From: a virus
Lineage: Duplodnaviria > Caudoviricetes
IMG/VR virus record: IMGVR_UViG_3300038674_000239
Span: 1-36,658 of that record
Direction: 5' to 3' (one strand)
Length of the DNA stretch: 36,658 nucleotides
The translations under genes were made by a program, and so were the position numbers. The number at the start of each line of letters is the position of its first letter. Position 1 is the first letter of the stretch. Below are positions 7,101 to 17,000 of the stretch, in pieces. The notes under the pieces are model-generated. The model saw only the letters and a program-made list of their open reading frames with translations. It was not told the origin of the DNA and did no database searches.

Positions 7101-10100
7101 TGTCGTGGCCCGCGTAGGCATACACGGTCTTGTCCGCCGTGGACAGCTCCGGGTCGATGGTATTCTCGTCGATGTCCCAGCCGTATTTCAGCCTACCGTC
7201 GTTGCGCACACCCATGATGGTGTCGTTGTCGTAAAAGATGAAGTAGCCAAGCACCTTGTCCTTATTCGGGTCGTAGAAGAACGAGAGCATCATGTTCTTC
7301 ACCCGCTGGTCCACCGCACCCATCATCTCGGTGAGCATGTAGTAGTCGCAGAGGTAAGCCACGTCGAAGTAGTCGCCCACCTCAGTTTTGAATTTCGCAG
7401 GGTTGTCCTTGCACGACTTCACCCACTTCACCAGCGGTGCGAGGTAGGATGCAGCATCTGTGCCCCCGTCGGGGAACCGCCCCTCGAACACTTTCTGCCA
7501 CGATGGCGTGCCGTCGCTCTCGGTGCGTTCGAAGTCGTCATCCTGGAACATACCCATCGGGTAGTCATTGTTCAGAAACTCCCAGCACTGGACGGGGTTC
7601 TTGCCGCCGAACGTCTCTTGCACCCATGACTGGTCGTGGTATCCCGGGATGTCGCGGAACCCGAACACGGCCTCGGTCGACTTGTCATTGTTGAAATTGT
7701 ACTTTCCGAGGAACACGGGCGCGTCGCTGATGCTCTTGCGGTAGAACAGCATAATAGGGAAGCCGTCCACTGTAGTGCGCACCTCGTAGGGATAGCTATC
7801 GCTCACGCTCTTTTGCGCTGGTGTCAATTCTCCGGCAGCAGTCAGAGAACGTTGCACCATATTGGCCATACCTGTGTTGTGAGAGCTGGAACTTTCGGCG
7901 TAGTCCGCCTTCAGGCACCAGCAGTTCACCGGCGCGGCAGCCTTGGCGTTCTGCGTCGCATCACGGAAGGAGTACAGTCCGTCCTCCTGCAGTGTGCCGC
8001 CCACGCCCTGTTCGGAGCACCCAATGAACAGTGGGTCAGTGGCTTTGTCCGTGCCATAGGTGAATATCTTGTAGTTCTTCGTGGGATAGGCCAGCGAGGA
8101 CGTGCCCTGCAGCTGTACCATGCCACCCTGCACGCGGAAGTTCTTCTCGGGGTGGGCACGGTTCACAAAGAGGATATCCTGGACATCATACTTCGTTTTC
8201 TTGTTGTTGTTCACCGCGGCCTGCAGCAGCGTGGCCACACCGTTCTCCTGCTGTCCGGTGATGATCATATAGGGCAGGTCATCGGGCAGGCTCTCCGGGC
8301 GTATGTCGCCGGTGGCCGCATCCAGCACGTTGTTCTCCCCGAACTTCGCCACCAGTGCCTCTGCGCTGCCCAGGTCCACCATGTAGGCATCGAGCATCTG
8401 CGCGTCGGTGAGGTAGGTGGCATAGCAGCGCACGCAGCTCACCTCAAGCGTACAATCATCGCTGCCCATCCCGATGTCCTGCGGCACGGCCTGGTAGATG
8501 CTGTCTCCATCGCCACGCTGCACCGCACCGCTCATCACGCCGTTGACATAGAGATAGAGCATCGAGTCGTTGCGCCGCTCCTCTGTCGTGGCGTCAGCCC
8601 CGGCCTTCGGCCACGCCACGAAGCCTATCACGTATTCCTCGCCTGCGGCAAACTTAGTAGTCACCACCGACCCGCCGCGGCTCGTCATCCGGGCCTCCTG
8701 CGCCGTGATGACTATGCCCGTGCCGTCTGTGTCGGCACAGCGTATCACCTCCGCATGGTCATCGGTCACGTCGCTCACGCGGAACTTCACCATCAGCGCC
8801 ATGGCGTTAGTGGCGTTCTGCCCCATCTCAAAGGGGTGGTAGCCGATGACGGCACGGTCGGAACCCGTCAGGCGGAGGGTCTCGCCCGTCCAGCCGTCAC
8901 CTCCCCACTTCATGTTCTCGAACGTCGTCCGAATGTCGTTGTAACGCCATTCGTCCCTGTCGGTGTCATTGTTGCTCCGCCCGGTGGCGGTCAGCTTCAG
9001 CCCCATGCCGTCGGTAGGTTCGGCAAGGCTGATGTCGCTCTTGCCCACACGGATGCCGAAGCTGTAGGTGGTTGTGCCCACCACCACGCGCCCCTGCATC
9101 TCACCCTCAGCCAAGGCGCGCCCCGTATATTCGGACCGGGCGAAGCTCACAGAGGTCTGGGCCACACGCCGTGCGTCCTCATAGATGGCAACGCTTGCCG
9201 GCGTGCGCTGCGGGTCCCATGCGGCATACTGCAGGCGGTAGCTGTCATACTGCCGCACGCTGACCACCGGACGCTCACCCGAGCCCACCACCATTCCGGC
9301 GGCGTTGTCGAATCGTGCGGCAACAAGGGGCGCGCCATTGCCGCCCTCGCGCACCGCCATGTCGAAATAGATGCTGTTAGAGCGTATGACACCCGTGGCA
9401 GTGTCCAGCTCGGCCATCAGCTGCACCGAGTGGCTGCCGTGCGCCATGGCCGATGTGGCAATGGAGAACTGGCCGTTGCTCGTGCTGGCCGTGATGCTGC
9501 GGCTGTCGGTCTCAATGCCGTCCACAAAGCATCGCAGCGTCTTGCTGCCGCTGCCCGTCAGGGCGTAGGGGATGTTCACTGCATCGCCCCTGTTGATGAC
9601 CGTGGCGATGTTCCATGACGATGACAGCACCAGCTGCACCACCGTCACGGTCCACGACACCTGGCTCACCTGAGCCTCCGCTCCCTCGCCCACGGTGACC
9701 CGCACGCGTACCGTGTTGGAGCCTACGCCCAGCCATTTTGTAACGTCCACCGTGTTCGTGCTGCCTGCTGCCAGCGTGCGTTCCTCGGTCACGGCGTATG
9801 CGCCGCGTATCAGGGTGATGACGGCCCTGGCGGCATTGCCAGTGCTTTCGCCCGTGTCGGTGGCCACGTGGTCGTAGGCATATACCAGGCTCACCTCGTC
9901 GCCGCTCTTCACCGTAAGGTTGGGCGTGACCCTCGTCAGCACCACCTTGGTGGTAGCTGCCGTGCCGCCGCCTCCACCCGAGAACTGGTCGGTCGTGTTC
10001 AGCACGTTGCCATCGCTGTCGAGCAGCGAGATGGCGTATCGTTTGTCTACGCCATCGCCGCTCTCGTCAAGCCGTAGTGCTGCGCCATAGCCGGCTGCCT

Positions 10101-11148
10101 GTTCCTTGAACTTGGCGGCCACCGCACCACCGCTCACGGGGTTGGTGCTGCCCTCGATGAGCGTATCGTCCACCGTGGGCATCGCAGGCATAGTGATGTC
10201 CACCACTCCTGCAACATCCGGATCAATGGTTTCACCGTTAACACGCACACCCTTCACCTTGCCGCCACCCCCGAACTCCTTCCAGTTGGCTTCCACAGTC
10301 CAACCCGAGGCATCCGTACCTACAAACTGAAGCGTCTCCCACACGCCCGGGCCTGTCTCGTAGGTGATGACCGCACCCTTTACACGCAGCCTTTCTTCCA
10401 CGGCTACAGTGGCGGTCTGCAGGGTGTGATACCCCCCGGTGAGTGGCCAAAGCTCCGTCACGTTGATGGTGTTGCCGCCCTTTCCAGCACCTCCCGGCAG
10501 TTCGACCCTGACCTGCGAGCCGTCGCCCTTGTGGAGTGTCAGGATGGTCTTCTCCCCATCCTCGCTCTGTGCGCCGCTGCCGCCTGTGATGTTCACTGCC
10601 GCCGCCGCATCGCTTGCCGCCTGCCGCGCATCCGCAGCTGCTTCTCGGGCACTGTCGGCTGAGCTCTTGGCCTCTGCTGCCGCAATTTGGGCAGCCTCCG
10701 CCTTGCCCACGGCATCGGTCACTGCGGCCTCTGCCTCAACAGCCTTGCTCCATGCCTTGCCCGCTGTGTCCTTGGCATTGGCGGCCTCGGCCTCGGCGGC
10801 GTCTGCGGCACTCTGTGCTGCAACGGTGTTGGCAGCGGCCTGTGCCGCGGCGACCTTGGCCTCGGTCACGTCCTGCCTGATGCCTGCTATGGCTGTTGTC
10901 ACCTGTCCGGCTGCGGCTGCCTCTGCGTCACTCACGGCCTTGTCGAGTTTCCCCGCCGTCTCATCGGCTTTCTGCTGTGCGGCGCGGGCGGTGGCCTGTG
11001 CAACGGAGGCAGTCTGGGCAGCCGTGGCTATGCGGCTGTCGAAAGTTTCCACGGTCTCGGCATTGTCATTGATGCCGCTCACCATCAGGTTCACCTCAGT
11101 GGCGGTCAGCAGGTCGCCGGTATTCTTCTCTCTGATATTTACTTTCAT
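4198..11148 (-). CDS. Large tail fibre / receptor-binding protein and DGR target (Ala-rich coiled coil, LamG-like, CotH-kinase-like, LRR, C-terminal CLec-fold VR domain)
   Basis: 2316 aa after the tail genes, with an Ala-rich N-terminus, LRR-type LRTLDVRNYTMLTGLDLSGC and a C-terminal RG...GSRLAF motif typical of DGR CLec targets. Confidence 0.85.
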   Translation of the reverse strand: MKVNIREKNTGDLLTATEVNLMVSGINDNAETVETFDSRIATAAQTASVAQATARAAQQKADETAGKLDKAVSDAEAAAAGQVTTAIAGIRQDVTEAKVAAAQAAANTVAAQSAADAAEAEAANAKDTAGKAWSKAVEAEAAVTDAVGKAEAAQIAAAEAKSSADSAREAAADARQAASDAAAAVNITGGSGAQSEDGEKTILTLHKGDGSQVRVELPGGAGKGGNTINVTELWPLTGGYHTLQTATVAVEERLRVKGAVITYETGPGVWETLQFVGTDASGWTVEANWKEFGGGGKVKGVRVNGETIDPDVAGVVDITMPAMPTVDDTLIEGSTNPVSGGAVAAKFKEQAAGYGAALRLDESGDGVDKRYAISLLDSDGNVLNTTDQFSGGGGGTAATTKVVLTRVTPNLTVKSGDEVSLVYAYDHVATDTGESTGNAARAVITLIRGAYAVTEERTLAAGSTNTVDVTKWLGVGSNTVRVRVTVGEGAEAQVSQVSWTVTVVQLVLSSSWNIATVINRGDAVNIPYALTGSGSKTLRCFVDGIETDSRSITASTSNGQFSIATSAMAHGSHSVQLMAELDTATGVIRSNSIYFDMAVREGGNGAPLVAARFDNAAGMVVGSGERPVVSVRQYDSYRLQYAAWDPQRTPASVAIYEDARRVAQTSVSFARSEYTGRALAEGEMQGRVVVGTTTYSFGIRVGKSDISLAEPTDGMGLKLTATGRSNNDTDRDEWRYNDIRTTFENMKWGGDGWTGETLRLTGSDRAVIGYHPFEMGQNATNAMALMVKFRVSDVTDDHAEVIRCADTDGTGIVITAQEARMTSRGGSVVTTKFAAGEEYVIGFVAWPKAGADATTEERRNDSMLYLYVNGVMSGAVQRGDGDSIYQAVPQDIGMGSDDCTLEVSCVRCYATYLTDAQMLDAYMVDLGSAEALVAKFGENNVLDAATGDIRPESLPDDLPYMIITGQQENGVATLLQAAVNNNKKTKYDVQDILFVNRAHPEKNFRVQGGMVQLQGTSSLAYPTKNYKIFTYGTDKATDPLFIGCSEQGVGGTLQEDGLYSFRDATQNAKAAAPVNCWCLKADYAESSSSHNTGMANMVQRSLTAAGELTPAQKSVSDSYPYEVRTTVDGFPIMLFYRKSISDAPVFLGKYNFNNDKSTEAVFGFRDIPGYHDQSWVQETFGGKNPVQCWEFLNNDYPMGMFQDDDFERTESDGTPSWQKVFEGRFPDGGTDAASYLAPLVKWVKSCKDNPAKFKTEVGDYFDVAYLCDYYMLTEMMGAVDQRVKNMMLSFFYDPNKDKVLGYFIFYDNDTIMGVRNDGRLKYGWDIDENTIDPELSTADKTVYAYAGHDSVLWQLVRDALAGELQAAYVRLRRVLTNEFILNIFDKEQSAKFCERIYNKDAVLKYVVPKTEGVDVLKDGQVTKLTYSYLEAMQGSRTAHRHWWLRNRLSMLDAKFATGQYPSTDLTFKGNSAAGATIRAWAGRDFYFAFSREGQMVAHDKVQASQEWSYTYGQMANVGTIFHFYGGEYARKIDLSSWGGFTDLTLPVLPRLEELVLGTAGKTYTLTELSIGTKLRMLRTLDVRNYTMLTGLDLSGCIRLESVNADGCSSLSTLTLAQGAPVSSLMLPAGFQTLSLRQLPQLERGGIVFGDIKTLTGLRVEGCARINGLAMMNEILALQGNSLRYVRVDGVDLEGDGSDLLSLEAQGIGGIDAQGNTVEGRCKLTGTYRLTRYMDDDVYERLKARFDELDLRQPDYTMIEFDDSVADDANVTNLDNGTGYKSGTAYKPSGHIAAILKQRHRVLAKVTRKATTRNVNMAGQDVAVPNLDGEMTYYPLDDSNSYRYADGTEAKLDGTEGDWMMYEPFFWSKGVNDYLGGKHYSCYCSNDRDHKPASPEATVVSLDDIKGTQGGYLTGKKITAGKDTLQNSYTTDTAYSVCKVSVEGYKRVRFPSVPGTNLIGSVFVDAEGKVVSSVVVPTIGNKFEAGMYLIADVPETAVTLHFTVLNTAEFDCVVLSNSTRIEDMEPEWVASDEHLCAVVGSSVIGSKLRAAITGGSTTASMTWTDFHYYSVQRGMQQIDALMHSRIANLFFARYGRRDAQEQCGAGQHSNMRLTGGTASRGMTDTVGYVEASGVNSGITNSIVELSTHQYAWYRSEDEYGGAAVTQVNNVCCLGYEDIYGHKWDMMDGVDVPNDSANSAKWRIWMPDGTVRWVKGTTSNDYWITAVAHGKYMDVIPVGNVMGSSSTFYGDKYWFSGSLSRVVYRGCSSAYAAGGVSNSNAGNDASHSSTNVGSRLAFRGRIVRAQSVVAYKAVGEVA
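4261..4380 (-). repeat. DGR variable repeat (VR) at the 3' end of the 2316-aa gene
   Basis: Encodes LSRVVYRGCSSAYAAGGVSNSNAGNDASHSSTNVGSRLAF, versus TR ISRVVYRGYNNANAAGGVSNSNANNDASNSNTNVGSRLAN. Confidence 0.95.
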
Positions 11149-11176
11149 CTTTATGTGGGTTTAAAGTTCTTCTAAG

Positions 11177-11470
11177 TCAGGCCAGCACCATGCCCAGTTG
11201 CACCGGCAAGCCCGTATGTTCTGCCAGCGCAAAGGGCAGCGTGTAGCTGAGGCCCTCGCCCTCGGCAAGTGCAAAGGGGAGGATGTAGTCAAAGCCCTGA
11301 TGCGTCGGTGGCACCGCATGCCGGCTGCGTGCCATGGTGTGGAGCAGGCAGGGCAGTTCGTTGTGCCTGAGCGGCGCGAGGCTGCTGCCGGTCAGTCTCA
11401 CGGTCATGCGCATGCCTTGGCCCTGGCTGTCGCCCAGCAGGTTCCTGAGCTTGTAGCTGATGTTTCCCAT
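11177..11470 (-). CDS. Hypothetical tail-region protein
   Basis: 97 aa that fills the gap between two tail genes; internal repeat YILPFALAE/YTLPFALAE. Confidence 0.6.
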   Translation of the reverse strand: MGNISYKLRNLLGDSQGQGMRMTVRLTGSSLAPLRHNELPCLLHTMARSRHAVPPTHQGFDYILPFALAEGEGLSYTLPFALAEHTGLPVQLGMVLA

Positions 11471-11475
11471 CGTTT

Positions 11476-14022
11476 TTATATCTCTTTGAGATGCAACATG
11501 GCACTGCCTTCCTCGAGGTTCCGGTCTATGCCCAGCACCCGGAACCTCTTACCCGGCATGGCCGGGTGTGAGTATGTGTTCCACAGCGACACAAGACTGC
11601 CCGTGTCCTGCATGTTCTGCTCCATCAGTACATGCGGTGTGTGGTAATCGTTGTAATATGCTGAGACGTAGTGCTGCTCGGCCTTGGCCAGTATTCCATT
11701 GGCAGAGATACGTTGTACTCCGTTCTTCGTTCTGAGCTCTACGGGGGTGGACAGGCTGGGCGTGTCGGTCACGCCGAGCTGTGAGCACTCATCGGTGGTC
11801 AGGGCAGAGCTGATGCGGAATGTGATCTCTTTGTCGTTGACCGTCCGCTCGTCGGTGTCGCTGAGATATACGATGTCGCAGTCCTTGCGGTTGTTGGTCA
11901 GCCCGTTGTCGGAGTAGACCCCGATCTTGAAGTCCCCCAGCATGATGCTGCTCACGCGTGCGAGCAGCGGACGGTCGGTCTCCGTCCACTTGGTGTGGCG
12001 GAAGAACGTCGGGTGCCGGCGTGTCACTTCGCCCCAGACGGTGTTCACCGGGCCGAGGATGGTGAACTTCACGTCGCCGCTCACGCCGTCGGCCTTGTGT
12101 ATGGGAATGGCCGTGCCCTTGGCATCCACGTTCATCGTGTAGTCGATGTTGTTCTGCAGGTCATATTCCGTGCCTATTAGGAAGTCACCCAGCTTGGGGT
12201 CAAAGCCTACCGTAAAGCTCTGCTGGTAGTATTCGTCATCGTCGCGGCATTCTTCGCGGTGCTTGAACTTCTGCCAGGAGTAGTCGGACGGCCGGCCTTG
12301 CGTCCCGGTCTCCACCACGCACATGTCACCGATAACCAGCATGCACTGCAGCACGGCGACCTTGGATATGTGGTCCTCACTCTCACCTATGGCCGAGTAT
12401 TTGAACTCCAGCTCCCGGGGACCGTCGTCCGTGAAGGGCACGAACCCTGCCACGGCATTGTCCTCGACGGCGGCCTGCGGAGTCTCCGCCTTGTAGTACC
12501 GGCGCGTGTAGTAGCGCCCGTCCTCATTGTTGCGCGAGGGCACGGTGCGGTGCCACCATTGGCGTATGCCGCCGCCCGGCGCCAGCGGATAGGGGCTGGC
12601 ACAGCTGTAGTCGCGGATGTTCGGGTAGGTGTCGGTCATGGCCATCAGCGGATTGAGCACCACCGAGCCGCTGACCACGATATAGTTGGTGGTCTTGTCA
12701 TCATTCGGCGAAAAGTTGCCTCCGGCTGACGACCCTTTGTATTCAGCGTAGGGTATGCGGGCCTTCAGGTCGCTCTCGTTCGGATGATAGCTTGCCACGT
12801 CGCTGCTGCCGTCGCCGCCCACCGAGATGCACAGGTAGTTTGTCAGGTCTATCTTGTTGATGGGTGCATTGTCCTTGCCTGCCGTGTTCTGCCTGGCCTT
12901 GCCGAATGCCAGCAGTGCCGCTCCGGCATGTGATGCGAGCCAGTCGGGCACGCGTTCCTGGTGCGTCTTGCCGTCCGCGGTAAGGTATGAGAGTATGTCG
13001 CTGCCGCCATCCACCGGGAAGCTCCATGAGGGATTGCGCAGCACCTGCACATACCAGTCGGTGATGGAACCCGCGCCGTAGTCGGTCTTGCGTCCGTGGG
13101 TCATTGCATCGAAGGCGTCGATGGCACTGGTACCTTCGCCGTCGGCGCTATATTCCGTCATGTACTTCTGGTACATGTCATAGTGCTTGGTCAGCAAGTC
13201 CTCATCGACGGGATTGTCCACCACTGTCTCTATGTTCTTCACGTCGCAGGTCAGCTTCATGCGTGAGTACACCTCGCCCACGGAGATCGTCGTGCCGCAG
13301 TCATAGACATTCCCGGTGTCTATACCCACCGTGCCGCCTGCCGGCATGCTGTCCCATGAGAAGATGCGGAACGCATCGCCCTCCTGCACGATGTGGAGGT
13401 TGAGAAAGCGCAGCATCTCGTCGAGCACCTCGGCCTGGGTCCACACATCGCCTTCGGTGTCACCGAGAAAGAGCAGTTCCGAAATACTCAGTCCGTCCCA
13501 TACGGACGTGCCGTCCTCCAGCGCCACGCTGTCGGCGAAGAGCACCTCACCGCCCAAGGGGCCGAGTATGTCGGTGATGACCTCCCTGAATGTGCGCTGC
13601 CTTGCGGCACCCTTCACGCCGGCATAGCTCACAGAAGCCTTGCCGATATTCCCATACTTTAGGTATTCGAGCGATATCAGTTTGTCGATGCAGCTCAGCT
13701 CTATCTCGTCGAGCTCGTCGTTGTAGGGCTGCGAGTAGGCCTGGGGCTCTATAAAGCCCGAGAACAGCGTCTCCCCGTCGCGGCTTATGGTGACCGGAAT
13801 CTCGCGGAAGTCAGCCGAGAATAGAGTGTCGAGAAAGGTCTTTGACAGCAGTCGAATGCTGGCCTGCGAACAGAGCCGCACGTCGAAGGTGTCGTTCACC
13901 TGGCTCGTTATTTCCACGGGGTCATCGGTGAAGTACAAGCCTTCGGTCCCAATCTCTCCAGTGCCTGCACCGATGGCAACGTCGATGCGCCGGTTCTGCT
14001 GGTTGTAGAAATATCCTTGCAT
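11476..14022 (-). CDS. Putative tail tip / baseplate hub protein
   Basis: 848 aa directly after the tape measure gene (1-bp overlap); function assigned from position only. Confidence 0.6.
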   Translation of the reverse strand: MQGYFYNQQNRRIDVAIGAGTGEIGTEGLYFTDDPVEITSQVNDTFDVRLCSQASIRLLSKTFLDTLFSADFREIPVTISRDGETLFSGFIEPQAYSQPYNDELDEIELSCIDKLISLEYLKYGNIGKASVSYAGVKGAARQRTFREVITDILGPLGGEVLFADSVALEDGTSVWDGLSISELLFLGDTEGDVWTQAEVLDEMLRFLNLHIVQEGDAFRIFSWDSMPAGGTVGIDTGNVYDCGTTISVGEVYSRMKLTCDVKNIETVVDNPVDEDLLTKHYDMYQKYMTEYSADGEGTSAIDAFDAMTHGRKTDYGAGSITDWYVQVLRNPSWSFPVDGGSDILSYLTADGKTHQERVPDWLASHAGAALLAFGKARQNTAGKDNAPINKIDLTNYLCISVGGDGSSDVASYHPNESDLKARIPYAEYKGSSAGGNFSPNDDKTTNYIVVSGSVVLNPLMAMTDTYPNIRDYSCASPYPLAPGGGIRQWWHRTVPSRNNEDGRYYTRRYYKAETPQAAVEDNAVAGFVPFTDDGPRELEFKYSAIGESEDHISKVAVLQCMLVIGDMCVVETGTQGRPSDYSWQKFKHREECRDDDEYYQQSFTVGFDPKLGDFLIGTEYDLQNNIDYTMNVDAKGTAIPIHKADGVSGDVKFTILGPVNTVWGEVTRRHPTFFRHTKWTETDRPLLARVSSIMLGDFKIGVYSDNGLTNNRKDCDIVYLSDTDERTVNDKEITFRISSALTTDECSQLGVTDTPSLSTPVELRTKNGVQRISANGILAKAEQHYVSAYYNDYHTPHVLMEQNMQDTGSLVSLWNTYSHPAMPGKRFRVLGIDRNLEEGSAMLHLKEI

Positions 14023-17000
14023 TATCTGATGTTTGAGTTACGTCTGTTGATACGGGTCTCGTTGGCAAGCACGGCTGCCAGTTCCCTGCCCCTTACCCTC
14101 AGCTCGAAAATACCGCCCGATGTGCCATTGCCACCGATGAGCGATTTCAATTTATTCAGCGGTGCCACCACCTCCGGATTATGGCTCGCACCGGCATATT
14201 CGCCGAAGATGCCCAGCGTCGGACCGTAGGCGATGCCGCCGTCGGCGAATTTCGGCAGAGATGTCATGATGCCGACGAGTGTCGCCACCATGCCTGCGCC
14301 GATGGCTATGCCCACCCACGGTATGCTTGCATGGGCTTTCATCGTCTTGGCGGCTGCACCGGCCACGTCTGCCGTGGTCTCGATGCCCGATGCGGCAGCC
14401 CTTGCCGCACTGTTGGCCACCTCCACGCCTGTTACCGCCGTGTCCGTCGTTGCCTCCGCTGTCTTGGCCGTTGCTTGCGCCATGGTGGCCGCCGTGTTTG
14501 ACTGCGTGGCTCCTGTCAGCGCGTTGATGATTGCGATGATGGCATTCACGCCGTCGTAAATCTGTATGAAGCCATCCACCACGCCCGTTACCGTCTGCCA
14601 GGCATTGCCGTTGCCCTCGAGAGCGTCTGTCAGGCTCTCCACACCGCTGCCGATGCCTTTCATGCCACCCCATGCGTCAACAAGGCTGGCTTCGCTTTTG
14701 CGCAGCACCTTTTCATATCGCGTCCACGTGCCGATGAGCCCCTGTACCTCCTCCCGTTGGTTGTCACCAAGCGGATTCTCTGTATCATCCAGCATCTTCT
14801 GCAGCGAGCGTATCTTCTCGCGGATGCCCTCCATGCCAACCAGTTCCAGCTCCATGCGCAGCTTCCTCCCGCCCATGGCTCCCAGTTCGGCAGCCTCCTG
14901 CTGCATGGACGGCAGCTCCGTCATCCGTGCCAGGGCGGCGCGCTTGGCCTGGAGGGCATTGATGGTGCGCTGGATGTTCTCCACCTCATCGCCGTTTGCC
15001 TTGCGCTGAAGGTCGCCGTAATAGCTGATGGCCTTTTCGAGTGCTTCTATGGAGTTCAGCGAGCCGATGCTGCCCGGCTTACTGATGGATGCTAAGGTTT
15101 CATTCCACTCGCCACGCAGCTTCTGCAGGGCAAGAATCTGCTTCTGTATCTCCACCCGTTCTGTCGCCGTGGCCTTCTTAAGCTGTTTCTCGTAGAAGGC
15201 TGTCTCGCTGTCAAGCTGCTCATAGGTCTTTATTTCGTCAGTCTTCAGGGCGACATGCGAACTGTCTTCAAATGCTGTTTTAAGGTCGTTCAGACGCTTG
15301 ATTTCCGCATCAATATTGCCGAGGTTTTCTTTGGAGGCCTGTTTGCGCAGCTGTTGCTGGTACAGCAGTTCCGCATCGATGTCTTCCAAGGTGTCGAGCG
15401 ACGTGGGGCGGCTGGCAGCGTCCACCTCTTCCTGAATGGCCTTCTGCAAGTCCTTGTACTTGCCTATGAGGGCGGTGAGGCTCGCAATCTTGTCTTTGTC
15501 GGCCTTGTCGGTCTTCTTCAGCTGGTTCTCGTAGTAGCTGATGTTCTTGCCGATGTCTTCAAGGGTTCTGGGATTGTCTATGGGCTTTTCCGGGACATCC
15601 TTTTTGCCGGTGCTTGCCTTTGGTGTTTTTTTCGTGCCCTGCCCAATTCCCTGTTCCTGCTTGTTCACGCCATCGCGCCTGTTCAGTTCTTTCTGCAGCC
15701 TGCCTATCTCGCGGTTCAGCCGCTGGCGCTCCGCCGTGTCGTTTCCTTTCAGCCTGTCAAGGTCTTTCTGTTTCTGCTCCAGCTCCTGCTTGACCTCGTC
15801 CGTGGTGAGCTCGCGGATGTTGCTGCCGGTGACGCGTACCGAGTTCCTCGATTTGTCCAACTTCTTCTGCGCCTCGATCATGTGGCTGATGCAGGAGTCA
15901 TACTGCCGCTGCAGAACCGTTATATCATTTGTCAGCCTGTTCACCTCGCCACCCAACTGGTCGTAGTAGTCCTTGCCCCCGGCGGCGTTCTCCCAGTTGT
16001 AGTGCGTCTTGCCGTTGCCGTCCCAGTACTGTTGTCCGAGCTGGAACCGCTCGCTTTGCTTGCTTTCCTTCTCCAGTTGCTTGGCGGCTATCTGCGAGGC
16101 AAGCACCTTGGCCTGTGCCTCATAGCCCATCTGCGCACAATACACCTTGCTCATGGCGATGAGCGTGTCGTACCACTCGGCTGCCGTGCGGTGATAGCCG
16201 AAGCTCTCGCCGTACTTTCTGTTGAGTTCGTCCACCTTCTTCGCCGTGCTCTTGTGCCCGTTGATGAGCGACGCAAGGCTGCTCACCTCCATGTCTATCT
16301 CCGCCTTGGCATTTGCCGAGGCACTGCTGAAGGCATCGGTGCTTTCCTTGAGCATGTCCACCTCCTGCGCCGTGTCTTCCGCTTCGTCGCCCATGGAACT
16401 GAACAAGGCTATCAGTCCGGTTATCACAAGCGAAATGCCCATCGTCAGGGCAGCGTAAAGAGCTGTCACGGCTACTGTCAGGGCCGCCGTGCCTGCCGCC
16501 CCGGTATAACCGCTTGCCGCCAGAAGGTTCTGCGCGGAGGCCACAACCCTTTCATGAGTTGCCAGGGCAAGCCCCTTGATGGAAGTCAGGCTGAATGCGG
16601 CACTGAGAGCCTTCAGCGAGGTAATCAGCTTCACGCAACCCGCAACGCATATCATGGTCTGGGCGGCGATGGTTACGAACGGCATGGCGCCCTGCACCAT
16701 ACTCCCCAGCTGTTCCTTGATGTCGCCCAGCGTATTCTCCAGCTGCTTCTGCTTGCCGGCATCGGTCTTGCCGAGTTCCTCGTTCATGTTGCCCACGTTG
16801 GCAGTGATCACCTCGGCAAGCATCGCCGCACGCTCCGTTTCCGTGCCGTACTGCAGCACCTGTTTCTGTGTTTCGTCAAAGGTGATGCCCACGCGCTGGA
16901 GCACCTCCGTCTGTCCCTGCATGGCCTTGCCCATCATGTTGCCGATGCTCACGGCACCCTGCACGGTGGCGTTCAGTCCGTCCTGTTGGGCTATGAGGTT

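Noticed and set aside
7636-9618. 660-aa plus-strand ORF, and similar long ones at 4951-6048, 15255-17249, 25158-26417 and 27960-29432
   Set aside because: These are antisense shadows of GC3-rich genes with clear protein motifs on the other strand.
10560-11040. GCC/GCG-rich repetitive DNA as a separate repeat element
   Set aside because: It is explained by the Ala-rich coiled coil at the N-terminus of the fibre protein.
4198-14022. Mu-type invertible G segment with Gin invertase
   Set aside because: No serine recombinase or flanking inverted repeats were seen; the DGR appears to fill the host-range role.
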